The notes under the pieces: generated by a model
The model's input: only the letters and a program-made list of their open reading frames with translations
The model's database searches: none
Told to the model about the DNA's origin: nothing
NCBI GenBank assembly: GCA_001803465.1
Contig: MHDE01000002.1
Span: forward strand, 1 to 47,304
DNA from: Microgenomates group bacterium RIFCSPHIGHO2_01_FULL_45_11
GTDB lineage: Bacteria; Patescibacteriota; Microgenomatia; UBA1400; 2-01-FULL-45-11
Direction of reading: 5' to 3'
Length of the DNA: 47,304 nucleotides
Part shown: in pieces, positions 1-9,310 of the stretch
Layout of the letters: every line of letters begins with the position of its first letter
Position numbering within the stretch: the stretch's first letter is position 1
Position numbers and translations under genes: made by a program

Positions 1-152
1 TGACGGTGGTGGAATCATGGCTTTTAGGAAGAGTTCCCGGCAGAGAATGGCATGCCGTGCTGATCAAAGCAGCCGATACTATTCACTCAACCCCGGTATA
101 CTCAAAATAATTAAAATACATACCTCTTGCTGCCGGTTTTATTGGAAAAATT

Positions 153-3041
153 ATGGCTAGCCCATCCAAGTTGGTCCAGTCCCTCGCTTCAAACGGCTTG
201 TTAATCAGTGGTGTGGTTGGCCACCTCCTTGTGACGTTGGTGCTCGTCAGTCTCGTTTGGTCTCAATTAAAAGGTTGGGTTTATGCCGGTCGGCCAGCGG
301 GCGATTTCCTTCAGTTCGTCCACTACACCATTTATACTCGTCACCATCCGGGCTTACCCATTACTTCCTGGAATCACCTTTGGACAAAGGGCGCTCCGCG
401 TACCCTAGATACCACTTGGCTTCATTTTTATCTGATCCAACCCTTGGCCGACCAAATTGGGGTAGAGAAAGCCGTTTGGCTCTACCCGGTCATAGCTTTA
501 GGAGGATTAGTTGTCGCTAGTTACTTTCTCTTTTATCAAACGAGTGGCAGCCGCTTGATCGGTTTAGCTTTGGCAATTCCAGTGGCCATAAGCCCAAGCC
601 TACACGTAGCCTTGACCGAAAGAGGCGTGGTCACCTCTGCTATTTCTCAACTGTTTTTACCTCTAGAGTTATATTTCCTGGTCAAATTCTATCAAAAGAA
701 TAACTATAAACATCTTGTCCTTGCCGGGGTCATGGCTGCTCTTGGTATTTATAGTCACGGTTTAACCATGGCCTTTTTTGGCCTTTTACCGGGAGGCTTA
801 TTTTTGCTCTTTGCCACTAAATCCAAGAGTAAGCTTATTTCCCGCTCTAGTTTCAGAAACGCCGCTTTATTTTCTCTGGTAGCCTTGACTGTTGGCGCTC
901 TGGCCTTTTGGCCAACTTTCCTCCACAGCACTTTCACCGGCGGCAATCAGTCAGCCATGTTCCGGCAATTCCCTCAAACAGGCAAAGCCTATCCAACGAT
1001 TTGGGCCGATATTTATTCCACCACCAGTCCCAAGCTCTGGTGGCTTTTAGGTTTAGGCTTGATAGTCACGTTGGTTTGGAAATTAACCGAAAAGAAACCA
1101 CCGACCAACGTCATCGTTAAGTTCTTAAACTGGCTGTTGAAGCGTTCCCCTCCAGAGGAGTCAATGAAAGTAACCCCTTTTTTAGTGCTGGCAATTTTTG
1201 TTTTTCTCTGGTGGACCAGTTACTTTTTTGGCCTTAATCGTTATGAGTGGTTCTTTTTTCCTCAGCGCATTTACTGGGTAGTTACCGTTATCGGCGGTTT
1301 ATTAGCCGCCTATCTCTTCCGCCCCTTGACGTTTCACCGGCCGTTTAACCACCAGTCTTCAGCCATTAGCTGGTTAGTTAAAACCTGTTTGAAGTTAGCG
1401 ATTTTCGTTTTAATAAGTGCTTCAGTGTGGAGTCGGCTGAGCGGTTTTAACCTTCACCAAACCATCAACCAGCTCAAAACCTGGCAGCCTCCTGACTTTA
1501 AAGCCGATATGCTTGCTAAGTGGGGTGGACTGGTAGCTCAAGTGACAGACCTCACTGATCTCAACCATCGACTCTGGGCTCGTGATGAAGGCTTTAACCA
1601 GCGTTGGTCTTTAATTTCCGACCTGCCTCTGTTTTATGGTTTTTTTCACTTTGGCACCAGACAGACAGAGCTTTGGGACGGCTGGACGTATGAAGTCTTA
1701 TCCAACCGTAGTTTCGTAGCACAAGACATTCCTCCCCAATTAACCCAAGCTCAATCGGAGTTTTTTCTTGATTGGTATGGCATCAAGACCTTATACGGTT
1801 GCTTAAATACTAATGACTACTGTTCCTTAAGAAATGACTTCTACCAACTAGATCAGCCTTTAGTAGACAAACAGGTAACCTCCTCGGAACTTGCCGCTGG
1901 CGCCGTCACTATCAAAGACGAGTTTACCTCTTCAGTGGTGGAGGCGGTAGCTGTTCCCATAGTCGGTTTTATCGGTTCTGACTCTGGTTATCGCAACTTC
2001 ATGCTCAATTTAGCCACCCTTAAACTCGGCTCTTCCAAACTGGTGGTTTTAAGGCTGGGCCAGACAGTGTCCGCTCTTAACTCCAAGACCTTAAGTTTTC
2101 TTGATGGCGTCGTCATTAACGAACAACGCCGCCAAGGCTGGTTTGAAACTTCAGCCTGGCAGGGGCTCGAGAGTTTTGTTAAAAAAGGAGGCAGGGTATG
2201 GATTGACACCGGCGGCAACTCCGTCCAAAGAAACTCCCAGCGCCTGCCGGCCATCTTTCCCGTTTCCGCGGTTACCTATGGCAGTTTAGGCCGCCAGTGG
2301 CAGCTTAGTGGAGAACTGGCTTCGGCCATCAACTCGGTTAAGTTGTCGCCTTTGCAATACGAAAAAGACCCTTGGCAATTATCCTACGCTCACACCGACC
2401 AGTTAAGAACAGGCGCTACGGTGCTTCTGACTCAGGCCGGTCAACCCATCGTCGTCGGGATGAGCGTAGGCTCGGGCCAAGTCATCTGGAGTGGTGTTAA
2501 TTGGTTTTATCGTCTGGAGGAATATCGAGACAACGCCTTAAACGAAGTCATACCAGTTAAATTGTTATTTGAAAAGTTGCTGGGTCAGTTAGAAAAACAC
2601 CCCGTACCGAGTCGGTTTACCTTTATTAACCCCGGTACAACTGAAATATCTACCGTTGAGGCTAAAGGCATACTCTACAAATACAATCGCTGGCCAGGCT
2701 GGGTAGCCCAAACCCAACTCAATGGTCAGCCAACCTCTCTCCCTATCTACACCGCTGGTCCAGAATTAATGTTTGTCTCCATTCCCGAGAAATTCAAAAG
2801 TCAAGAGCTTACGATAACCTTCAAATATCGCGGTTCTCCTATCGATTGGATTTCATTTGGCTTAACCATTATCGCCAACCTCACCGTTCTTACGTATTTA
2901 ATAGGGGGGGAAAGAATCGTAGCCGCTTTGACAGCTTTAACAACTAGGCCACTCAAAAATCAGCCTTCTCGTCACCATCGTCATAATGGAGTTAGGGGCA
3001 GATGGAATCTCCGCGGCTGGTGGGAAAACGAGGAAACATGA
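153..3041 (+). CDS. Large polytopic membrane protein (962 aa): multi-TM N-terminal half, large soluble C-terminal region, terminal TM anchor. Putative GT-C-like or PTPS-related envelope glycan transferase.
   Basis: Longest ORF in the region. About 430 aa of consecutive hydrophobic helices are followed by ~450 aa of soluble sequence and one C-terminal helix (LTIIANLTVLTYLIGG). Its stop overlaps the next start (ATGA at 3038-3041). Family assignment is by resemblance only. Confidence 0.75.
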   Translation: MASPSKLVQSLASNGLLISGVVGHLLVTLVLVSLVWSQLKGWVYAGRPAGDFLQFVHYTIYTRHHPGLPITSWNHLWTKGAPRTLDTTWLHFYLIQPLADQIGVEKAVWLYPVIALGGLVVASYFLFYQTSGSRLIGLALAIPVAISPSLHVALTERGVVTSAISQLFLPLELYFLVKFYQKNNYKHLVLAGVMAALGIYSHGLTMAFFGLLPGGLFLLFATKSKSKLISRSSFRNAALFSLVALTVGALAFWPTFLHSTFTGGNQSAMFRQFPQTGKAYPTIWADIYSTTSPKLWWLLGLGLIVTLVWKLTEKKPPTNVIVKFLNWLLKRSPPEESMKVTPFLVLAIFVFLWWTSYFFGLNRYEWFFFPQRIYWVVTVIGGLLAAYLFRPLTFHRPFNHQSSAISWLVKTCLKLAIFVLISASVWSRLSGFNLHQTINQLKTWQPPDFKADMLAKWGGLVAQVTDLTDLNHRLWARDEGFNQRWSLISDLPLFYGFFHFGTRQTELWDGWTYEVLSNRSFVAQDIPPQLTQAQSEFFLDWYGIKTLYGCLNTNDYCSLRNDFYQLDQPLVDKQVTSSELAAGAVTIKDEFTSSVVEAVAVPIVGFIGSDSGYRNFMLNLATLKLGSSKLVVLRLGQTVSALNSKTLSFLDGVVINEQRRQGWFETSAWQGLESFVKKGGRVWIDTGGNSVQRNSQRLPAIFPVSAVTYGSLGRQWQLSGELASAINSVKLSPLQYEKDPWQLSYAHTDQLRTGATVLLTQAGQPIVVGMSVGSGQVIWSGVNWFYRLEEYRDNALNEVIPVKLLFEKLLGQLEKHPVPSRFTFINPGTTEISTVEAKGILYKYNRWPGWVAQTQLNGQPTSLPIYTAGPELMFVSIPEKFKSQELTITFKYRGSPIDWISFGLTIIANLTVLTYLIGGERIVAALTALTTRPLKNQPSRHHRHNGVRGRWNLRGWWENEET

Positions 3042-3982
3042 CGAGTCAGAAACTCCACTTTAGTGTCGTCATCCCCGTCTACAACGAAGCTGCCAACATC
3101 GGAAACCTCTTAACCTCCCTGCTCAATCAAACATTAACCACCGTCACTCTCGAAGAAATCGTCGTTGTCGCTTCCGGTTGCACTGATGACACCGAAGCAA
3201 TTGTCAGACGCTGGCAAAAAAAAGACCGGCGGTTAAAGTTACTTACCCAAACAGTCAGAAGAGGGAAGACGTCTGCCTTAAACCTTTTTCTTAACCATTC
3301 CACTGCTTCTCTCGTCGCCCTCGTCGGCGGCGATGTTGTCCTTAAACATCACACTCTTGACCGCTTGACAACTCATTTTCAAGATAAAACTGTCGGCATG
3401 GTCGGCGCCCGCATCATTCCCGTCAACGACAAACATAGTTTTTGGGGTTTTGCCCACCATACTATCTGGAACCTACATGATCAAGTGGCCCGCCGCCACC
3501 CTCGCTTAGGAGAAGTTACGGTTTGGCGTCGAGTCTTTGACCAGCTCCCTGCCGCTACCATTTGCGATGAGGCCACTATCGAAACCTTTATCCTTCGGGC
3601 CGGCTTGCGCTTAGTCTATGAACCGAAAGCCATCGCCTACAACCGCGGTCCAGAAAAATTCAGCGAATATTTGAGTCGCCGCCGCAGTATTCACCTGGGC
3701 CATTTACAGATTCAAAAACAATGGAATCAACCAGTCGTCTCCGTTCAAACAAGGCTTCTTCTGCCCTATTTCTTACACCAAATCTTTAGTGACCGAAGGC
3801 ACCTAATATGGTATGGTGGAGTTCTAGTACTCGAACTCATCGCCCGCGTCAGCGCCACCATCGATTATTACTGGGGGAAGGGGAAACGGCAAGTAGTTTG
3901 GCCAGTCGCCGAATCTGCCAAGCTACCTATTACACTCAAATCAAAAATTAGAAAAGTAAATGCGAGCCAGAGTACCTGGTAA
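3038..3982 (+). CDS. Family 2 glycosyltransferase (GT-A fold)
   Basis: N-terminus FSVVIPVYNEAANIGNLLTSLLNQ plus an acidic GCTDDTE motif is typical of GT2. Start moved from track position 3002 to ATG 3038, which has GAGGA upstream and forms an ATGA overlap with the upstream stop. Confidence 0.85.
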   Translation: MTSQKLHFSVVIPVYNEAANIGNLLTSLLNQTLTTVTLEEIVVVASGCTDDTEAIVRRWQKKDRRLKLLTQTVRRGKTSALNLFLNHSTASLVALVGGDVVLKHHTLDRLTTHFQDKTVGMVGARIIPVNDKHSFWGFAHHTIWNLHDQVARRHPRLGEVTVWRRVFDQLPAATICDEATIETFILRAGLRLVYEPKAIAYNRGPEKFSEYLSRRRSIHLGHLQIQKQWNQPVVSVQTRLLLPYFLHQIFSDRRHLIWYGGVLVLELIARVSATIDYYWGKGKRQVVWPVAESAKLPITLKSKIRKVNASQSTW

Positions 3983-4058
3983 GCTAAAGAGCCAAGAAAA
4001 ATTGTACCTGCCTGTCTTTGGAGGGTCGATCGAAAGACAAACAGCTGATTAAACTTCT

Positions 4059-5147
4059 ATGAAACGATACCTTCCCTTCTTGCCCCGAATTATCAACCGC
4101 CGCGGCCTGCCTATTCACCTTATCTACTTCGTCACCGGCCGCTGCAACCTAAAATGCGAACACTGCTTTTATTGGAAAGAGTTGAATCAGGGAAAGAATG
4201 AGCTGACCTTGGATGAGGTAGAAAAGATCAGCCGTTCCATGGATCCCTTACTTTGGTTAGCTTTGACCGGGGGCGAACCCTTTTTACGTCCCGATCTGTC
4301 CGCTATCGCCAGAACGTTTGTAAAAAATACCTTCGTTCGTCACATTTCCATTCCTACTAATGGGTTTTTCACCGAAAATATTGTCGATTCAGTAAACCAG
4401 ATGCTCACCGATAACCCGGCCACTACCTTTTCTATCACCGTTTCCTGCGATGGTCTGGAAGAAATGCACGACAAAATCCGTGGCATTCCTGGTTCATTTA
4501 AATCCTTGGTTAGGACAGTCAAGGAATTAAAAAGACTCAAAAAACGCCATGCCAATCTGGGTGTGGGTATGACCATGACCTTTACCGCCACCAACCAACA
4601 TCATTTTTTAGATATCTATCGGCATTTGCGTGACGAAGTCCGCCCCGACGAAATCGTCTTCAACCTGATCCGTGGTCTTCCCAAAAATCCCGTCACCGCT
4701 AACATCGACCTTAAACTCTACCGTCAGGCAGTTAAGCAAAAATTGACCGATCTTAAAACCGGCAAGCTACCCTACTACCGCTTTGGTCTTATGGGTAAAT
4801 TAGCCGCTGCTCGCGACGTTGTCATGTACGACCGCATTGTTAAATACAAGGAGGGTAGGGGAAAGTACACTCCTTGTTTAGCCGGTCGCCTCTCTGCAGT
4901 CATGGACGAAGCCGGTGTTGTCTATCCCTGCGAACTCTTATCCTTCAAATTAGGTAATATCCGTGACTTTAATTACCGTTGGCCGGATTTATGGCAAACA
5001 CCGGAAGCCGACAAAATTCGCCGCTGGATTTGGGACACTCACTGCGCCTGTACCCATGAATGTTTTTTGACCACCAACATTTTCTTTTCTCCCCGTAGTT
5101 ACACGGAATTATTAACTCAACTAGTTCCTTTTCATGTCCACCGGTAA
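4059..5147 (+). CDS. Radical SAM enzyme with C-terminal Cys-rich (SPASM/twitch-like) domain
   Basis: CNLKCEHC (CxxxCxxC) near the N-terminus and a GGEPFL motif. C-terminal cysteines are CLAG..YPCE..CACTHEC. Confidence 0.85.
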   Translation: MKRYLPFLPRIINRRGLPIHLIYFVTGRCNLKCEHCFYWKELNQGKNELTLDEVEKISRSMDPLLWLALTGGEPFLRPDLSAIARTFVKNTFVRHISIPTNGFFTENIVDSVNQMLTDNPATTFSITVSCDGLEEMHDKIRGIPGSFKSLVRTVKELKRLKKRHANLGVGMTMTFTATNQHHFLDIYRHLRDEVRPDEIVFNLIRGLPKNPVTANIDLKLYRQAVKQKLTDLKTGKLPYYRFGLMGKLAAARDVVMYDRIVKYKEGRGKYTPCLAGRLSAVMDEAGVVYPCELLSFKLGNIRDFNYRWPDLWQTPEADKIRRWIWDTHCACTHECFLTTNIFFSPRSYTELLTQLVPFHVHR

Positions 5148-5925
5148 ATCACTTCCAGCCAACTACCTTAAAGACTATTTAAAAGTCGCTCCCATTTCCC
5201 ATTCCGTCTGGAGAGCCGCTGAAGCTAAAGAGTTGTCCAAAATAGATTTACCTCCTCCCACGCTCGATGTTGGCTGCGGTTTTGGCGAATTTGCCGGCGT
5301 TTTTTTTGATTCGATGATTGAAGTTGGCATCGACATTTCCTTACCCGACGTGCTGCAAGCTAAACAGGGAAAAAAGTACCGGCGCGTCGAGTGTATCGAT
5401 GCCAAGAAGATGCCCTTTAGAAGTAATAGTTTCGCCTCTATTTTATCAGTTTCGGTTCTAGAACACATCTCTCGGGTGGACGAAGTATTAGCAGAAATCT
5501 ACCGAGTACTAAAAGTAGGCGGAATATTTATTTTTACAGTTCCTTCCAATCGATTCTCAAGTGAACTAATTGGTCACAAGTTCTTCAAAGCTGTCGGTCT
5601 TAACCGCTTGAGCCGGCTCTACTCGTACATAGTTAACCTTACCTTCCGTCACCACAATTTATGGTCAAAAGCCACCTGGGAAAAACAGTTACGCCAGCAA
5701 GGTTTTACTGTCAATCAGGTCAAAAGCATTGTTCCTTTTCCCGTTTTCCGCGTTTGGGAGTTAGGTTTACCTTTGGCTTTACCCTCGCAGTTGGGAAAAC
5801 TCTTGTGGGGAAAACGGTTTGTGGTTCGGCCACCAGGGTTAGTTCCCTTTCTCACCCTCCTCTTACGACCCTTATCTCAAGCCCGCGGCACCGGCACCAA
5901 TTGGCTCATTATCGCCAGGAAATGA
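5134..5925 (+). CDS. Class I SAM-dependent methyltransferase
   Basis: Motif I LDVGCGFGEF with a downstream ILSVSVLEH..LKVGGIFIF pattern (Methyltransf_11-like). Overlaps the upstream gene by 14 nt. Confidence 0.8.
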   Translation: MSTGKSLPANYLKDYLKVAPISHSVWRAAEAKELSKIDLPPPTLDVGCGFGEFAGVFFDSMIEVGIDISLPDVLQAKQGKKYRRVECIDAKKMPFRSNSFASILSVSVLEHISRVDEVLAEIYRVLKVGGIFIFTVPSNRFSSELIGHKFFKAVGLNRLSRLYSYIVNLTFRHHNLWSKATWEKQLRQQGFTVNQVKSIVPFPVFRVWELGLPLALPSQLGKLLWGKRFVVRPPGLVPFLTLLLRPLSQARGTGTNWLIIARK

Positions 5926-5957
5926 ACATACCGACATTACTTTCTACTTCTTATTCA

Positions 5958-7733
5958 TTATTTTCTTACCACAAATCTTTCCAGCACCAATACATCCAAC
6001 CCACTTTTTATAAAGGTATTGAAAGCATCCTCGGGTGAATTGACAATCGGTTCACCCCGCAAATTAAACGAGGTATTAAGGATCACCGGTACTCCCGTCA
6101 ACCGTCCGAACTCCTTAATCAATCGAAAGTAGCGCCGATTAGTTCTCTCATCCACCGTTTGTAATCTTGAAGTTCCCATATGATTGACCGCTTGAACGTT
6201 ATTGGCCTTGGTCTTATTTGTCGGCACTACTATGATCATAAACCGGGCCGGGTTACTGGTCGGGTCGTCAATGGCAAAATAGTCCTTGGCTTTTTCCATT
6301 AACACCGCCGGCGCAAACGGCCGATACGGCTCGCGAAACTTAATTTTGCTATTTACTACATCTTTCATCGCCGCTCGCCGAGGATCCGCCAAAATGCTCC
6401 GGTTACCGAGCGCCCTTGGCCCCCATTCGCTTCTTCCCTGAAACCAGCCCACCACTTTTTGCTTGACCAGAGCTTGAGCGACTACCTGAATCAGTGTCTT
6501 CTCGTCCTTGTATTCTGTATAAATAATCTTTTTTTTCTTTAAAAACCGCTCTATCTCTTCTCTCCTAAATGCTTGTCCATAATACCCATGGGTCAGCTGG
6601 TAACGTTTCTTTCTACCTAAAATCTGATGGTAGACATACAAAGCAGCCCCAAGCGACCCGCCGCTGTCTCCCGCTGCCGGCTGGATGAAAAGGTTTCTAA
6701 ACGGCGTTTGCTTGACAATTTTTCCATTAGCCACGCTATTTAAAGCCACCCCTCCAGCCAAACACAAGTTGGTTAAACCCGTCTCGTTTGCCAGATACCG
6801 GCACATCGTCAAGATAATTTCTTCCGTCACCGTCTGAATGGACGCGGCAATGTCCGCATAGTATTGGTTGACCTTCACTTGATGCGCATAATCCTTAGGT
6901 TTATCTCCCCAAAACTGCGGGTACCCGGTCTGGTCGGTAAAAAATAAGGAGTTTTTATCGCGCGGTCTACCAAACAAACGTTCAAACTTATCATTATATG
7001 AATATTCAGGCGAGGAGTGAAACGTAAAGTAAGAAAGATCAAGCCGAATCGAACCGTCACCAAAAATCTCCACCAGCTTCTTAACTTTATCGACAAAACG
7101 CGGTCTACCGTACGGCGCCATTCCCATCACTTTATACTCGCCTTCATTGACCTCAAATCCCAAAAAAGCGGTAAAGACACTGTAGAGGAGACCGAGAGAG
7201 TGGGGAAAACGCATTTCTTTAAATAACTTAATCTTATTGTCCTCTCCGACACCATACGTTCCCACACTCCACTCACCGACGCCATCAAGCGTCAGAATCG
7301 CTGCTTTTTGGTAGGGCGACGGATAAAAGGCACTGGCCGCATGCGCCAAATGGTGATCGCAAAACAAAATCTTGTCAAACGACACCCTCACCCTCTCGGC
7401 GATGGTTTGCTTAATCCACAATTTCTTGGTCACCCATTCCTTCATCGCCGACCGGAATAACTGGTTAGATTGGGGATAAGTGGCCAGTATTTGCTTAATA
7501 ATCCGTTCAAATTTTACAAACGGCTTTTCGTAAAACACTACGTAATCTAGTTGCCGAGCTGTTATTCCCGCTTGTTTAAGGCAAAAACTAATCGCTTTTT
7601 CTGGGAAACTCGGGTCATTCTTAATCCGACTCAACCGCTCTTCTTGGGTGGCAGCCGCGATTTTCCCGTCAACAATTAAAGCCGCCGCCGCATCATGGTA
7701 GTAACAGGAAATCCCCAAAATTTTTAAACTCAT
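5958..7733 (-). CDS. Carbamoyltransferase, NodU/CmcH family
   Basis: MSLKILGISCYYHDAAAALIVDGKIAAATQEERLSRIKND is the hallmark N-terminus of the family, and the ORF has family-typical length. Start trimmed to ATG 7733 (track start 7778). Confidence 0.9.
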   Translation of the reverse strand: MSLKILGISCYYHDAAAALIVDGKIAAATQEERLSRIKNDPSFPEKAISFCLKQAGITARQLDYVVFYEKPFVKFERIIKQILATYPQSNQLFRSAMKEWVTKKLWIKQTIAERVRVSFDKILFCDHHLAHAASAFYPSPYQKAAILTLDGVGEWSVGTYGVGEDNKIKLFKEMRFPHSLGLLYSVFTAFLGFEVNEGEYKVMGMAPYGRPRFVDKVKKLVEIFGDGSIRLDLSYFTFHSSPEYSYNDKFERLFGRPRDKNSLFFTDQTGYPQFWGDKPKDYAHQVKVNQYYADIAASIQTVTEEIILTMCRYLANETGLTNLCLAGGVALNSVANGKIVKQTPFRNLFIQPAAGDSGGSLGAALYVYHQILGRKKRYQLTHGYYGQAFRREEIERFLKKKKIIYTEYKDEKTLIQVVAQALVKQKVVGWFQGRSEWGPRALGNRSILADPRRAAMKDVVNSKIKFREPYRPFAPAVLMEKAKDYFAIDDPTSNPARFMIIVVPTNKTKANNVQAVNHMGTSRLQTVDERTNRRYFRLIKEFGRLTGVPVILNTSFNLRGEPIVNSPEDAFNTFIKSGLDVLVLERFVVRK

Positions 7734-7806
7734 TCGATTTATTAAATTATAAATAATGTGTTTTGGCTCCGAAACCATAACGAGTCAGTTATTGTTTGCA
7801 GGGCAT

Positions 7807-7860
7807 TGAGTGTCTGGTAATAAAATCTTTAAAGATAACTTTATATCAACCAGACACTCA
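7807..7860. promoter_or_regulatory. Nested perfect palindrome between the small membrane gene and the carbamoyltransferase gene
   Basis: The 12-nt arms tgagtgtctggt (7807-7818) and accagacactca (7849-7860) are exact reverse complements. The loop contains a second perfect palindrome, atctttaaagat. Confidence 0.35.
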
Positions 7861-7976
7861 TTGAGTGAACTAGTTAAAACTTTAAAGTGGCTATGGTACC
7901 ACGCGAACGTCCCGAAAACAGTAACTGGCGAGCCGTCAAGTCAATTGGAAACATTGGATTACTACCTTTATGTGCA

Positions 7977-8243
7977 TTATGCTTGTCGGGAAAGACCGGT
8001 CAAATCCGCACTCGACCGGCTATCCTTATCTATCCAATTAGTTTTTTGCCTCGATTTAACCTTCAGGCGGCTTGCCCTGAGCGACTGAAAAGAGTCGAAG
8101 GGATCGGCCACCAGTCTATAGACAATTGCAATCGGCGTTACTACCAGCCAATAGATTAGCGAGAGAATCACTTGCGCTTGAAAATTAACCAGTTTGAGAC
8201 TGACCTTTTTCCACCGCTCCCAGAGAATATTAAGCAATTTCAT
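7977..8243 (-). CDS. Small membrane protein, possibly SxtJ-like (a frequent partner of carbamoyltransferases)
   Basis: 88 aa with a hydrophobic segment ILSLIYWLVVTPIAIVYRLVADPF, lying directly upstream of the carbamoyltransferase on the same strand. The SxtJ resemblance is from memory, not from a search. Confidence 0.45.
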   Translation of the reverse strand: MKLLNILWERWKKVSLKLVNFQAQVILSLIYWLVVTPIAIVYRLVADPFDSFQSLRASRLKVKSRQKTNWIDKDSRSSADLTGLSRQA

Positions 8244-8388
8244 ACGCCAAATTGTAAACTCACCGATCAGTAATTTGCAAACAGAAATTACGTAGATCGT
8301 AGATACGTAGTCCGTAGTCGGTAGAAATAAGATTTATTATCTTGCTTCTTGTTTCTGGTATCTTACTTCTAAACTTTCTTCTTACTTC

Positions 8389-9285
8389 TTATTTCTTACT
8401 CATTCCTTGCAATCCTTCCACCAAGTTGGGTGGCCGATAACCAATCGCCTTTTCGATCCTTTCCGTCTTCAAAATAGCATACTTGGGTCGGGGAGCCAGA
8501 CTTGTAAAAACCCCGCTCGTCACTGGCGTAATTAACTTAGTTGAATACCCAAAAGCCCCAGCTACAGCCTTTGCCCACTCGTACCGACTCACCACGTCTT
8601 GACCACCAATATGATAAATCCCTGTCAGCTTTTTATCGATTAACTGCCAAATCGCCTTACTCGCCGTCAGGTTATCAATCGGATTAGTGTATCGATCAGT
8701 CACCATTTCAAGCTTCCTGTCCGCTGCCAACTCATTAAGCATCCAACTGATAGGATTCAACCGCGCTCTCTTTGGTTGCCAGCCGTAAAGAGTTGTTAAC
8801 CTAACGATTAGCCATTTCAAATTACTCTGTTTCACTAACTCTTCTGCCGCTAACTTTGTTTGACCATAGACGTTGAGTGATTGTGGTTTATCCTCCTCGT
8901 CATAGCCGTCACCCTTTCTACCGTCAAAAACCATCACCGACGACATAAAAATAAGGTAGCAGTCAGCCTTCTTCGCGGCCTCAACCACGTTTCTTGTTCC
9001 CGCTAGGTTGACCGCTTCGGCCTCGCTCCGGTGCTTTTGACAATAATCAATATCCGACACCGCCGCTAGGTGAATAATAATGGTAGGCTTGACAATTTGT
9101 ATCACTTCAGCAATCGCCGCTTTTTCAGTAACATTTAGCGGTAAGAGTTTAATTCCAGTGTTACCCAGTCGGGATGGGGGAGAAGTCAGATACGTTCCGG
9201 TCAGATGAAATCGTTTCGGCGCGGTGGTAATTAACCCAGTGCCCAAAAGCGACGGCAGTCCAGTAATCAATACCTTCTCTGTCAT
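8389..9285 (-). CDS. SDR-family sugar-nucleotide reductase/epimerase, RmlD (dTDP-4-dehydrorhamnose reductase)-like
   Basis: Glycine-rich N-terminus (VLITGLPSLLG). MSSVMVFDG...NVYGQTKLAAE contains the YxxxK catalytic motif in an RmlD-like context. Confidence 0.75.
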   Translation of the reverse strand: MTEKVLITGLPSLLGTGLITTAPKRFHLTGTYLTSPPSRLGNTGIKLLPLNVTEKAAIAEVIQIVKPTIIIHLAAVSDIDYCQKHRSEAEAVNLAGTRNVVEAAKKADCYLIFMSSVMVFDGRKGDGYDEEDKPQSLNVYGQTKLAAEELVKQSNLKWLIVRLTTLYGWQPKRARLNPISWMLNELAADRKLEMVTDRYTNPIDNLTASKAIWQLIDKKLTGIYHIGGQDVVSRYEWAKAVAGAFGYSTKLITPVTSGVFTSLAPRPKYAILKTERIEKAIGYRPPNLVEGLQGMSKK

Positions 9286-9310
9286 AGACAGATAAACTTT
9301 ACCCTACGAT

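Noticed and set aside
1-160. Open frame 2-160 at the left edge, considered as the C-terminus of an upstream gene
   Set aside because: The translation (…SSRYYSLNPGILKIIKIHTSCCRFYWKNYG) has no protein-like features, and the frame cannot be verified without upstream sequence.
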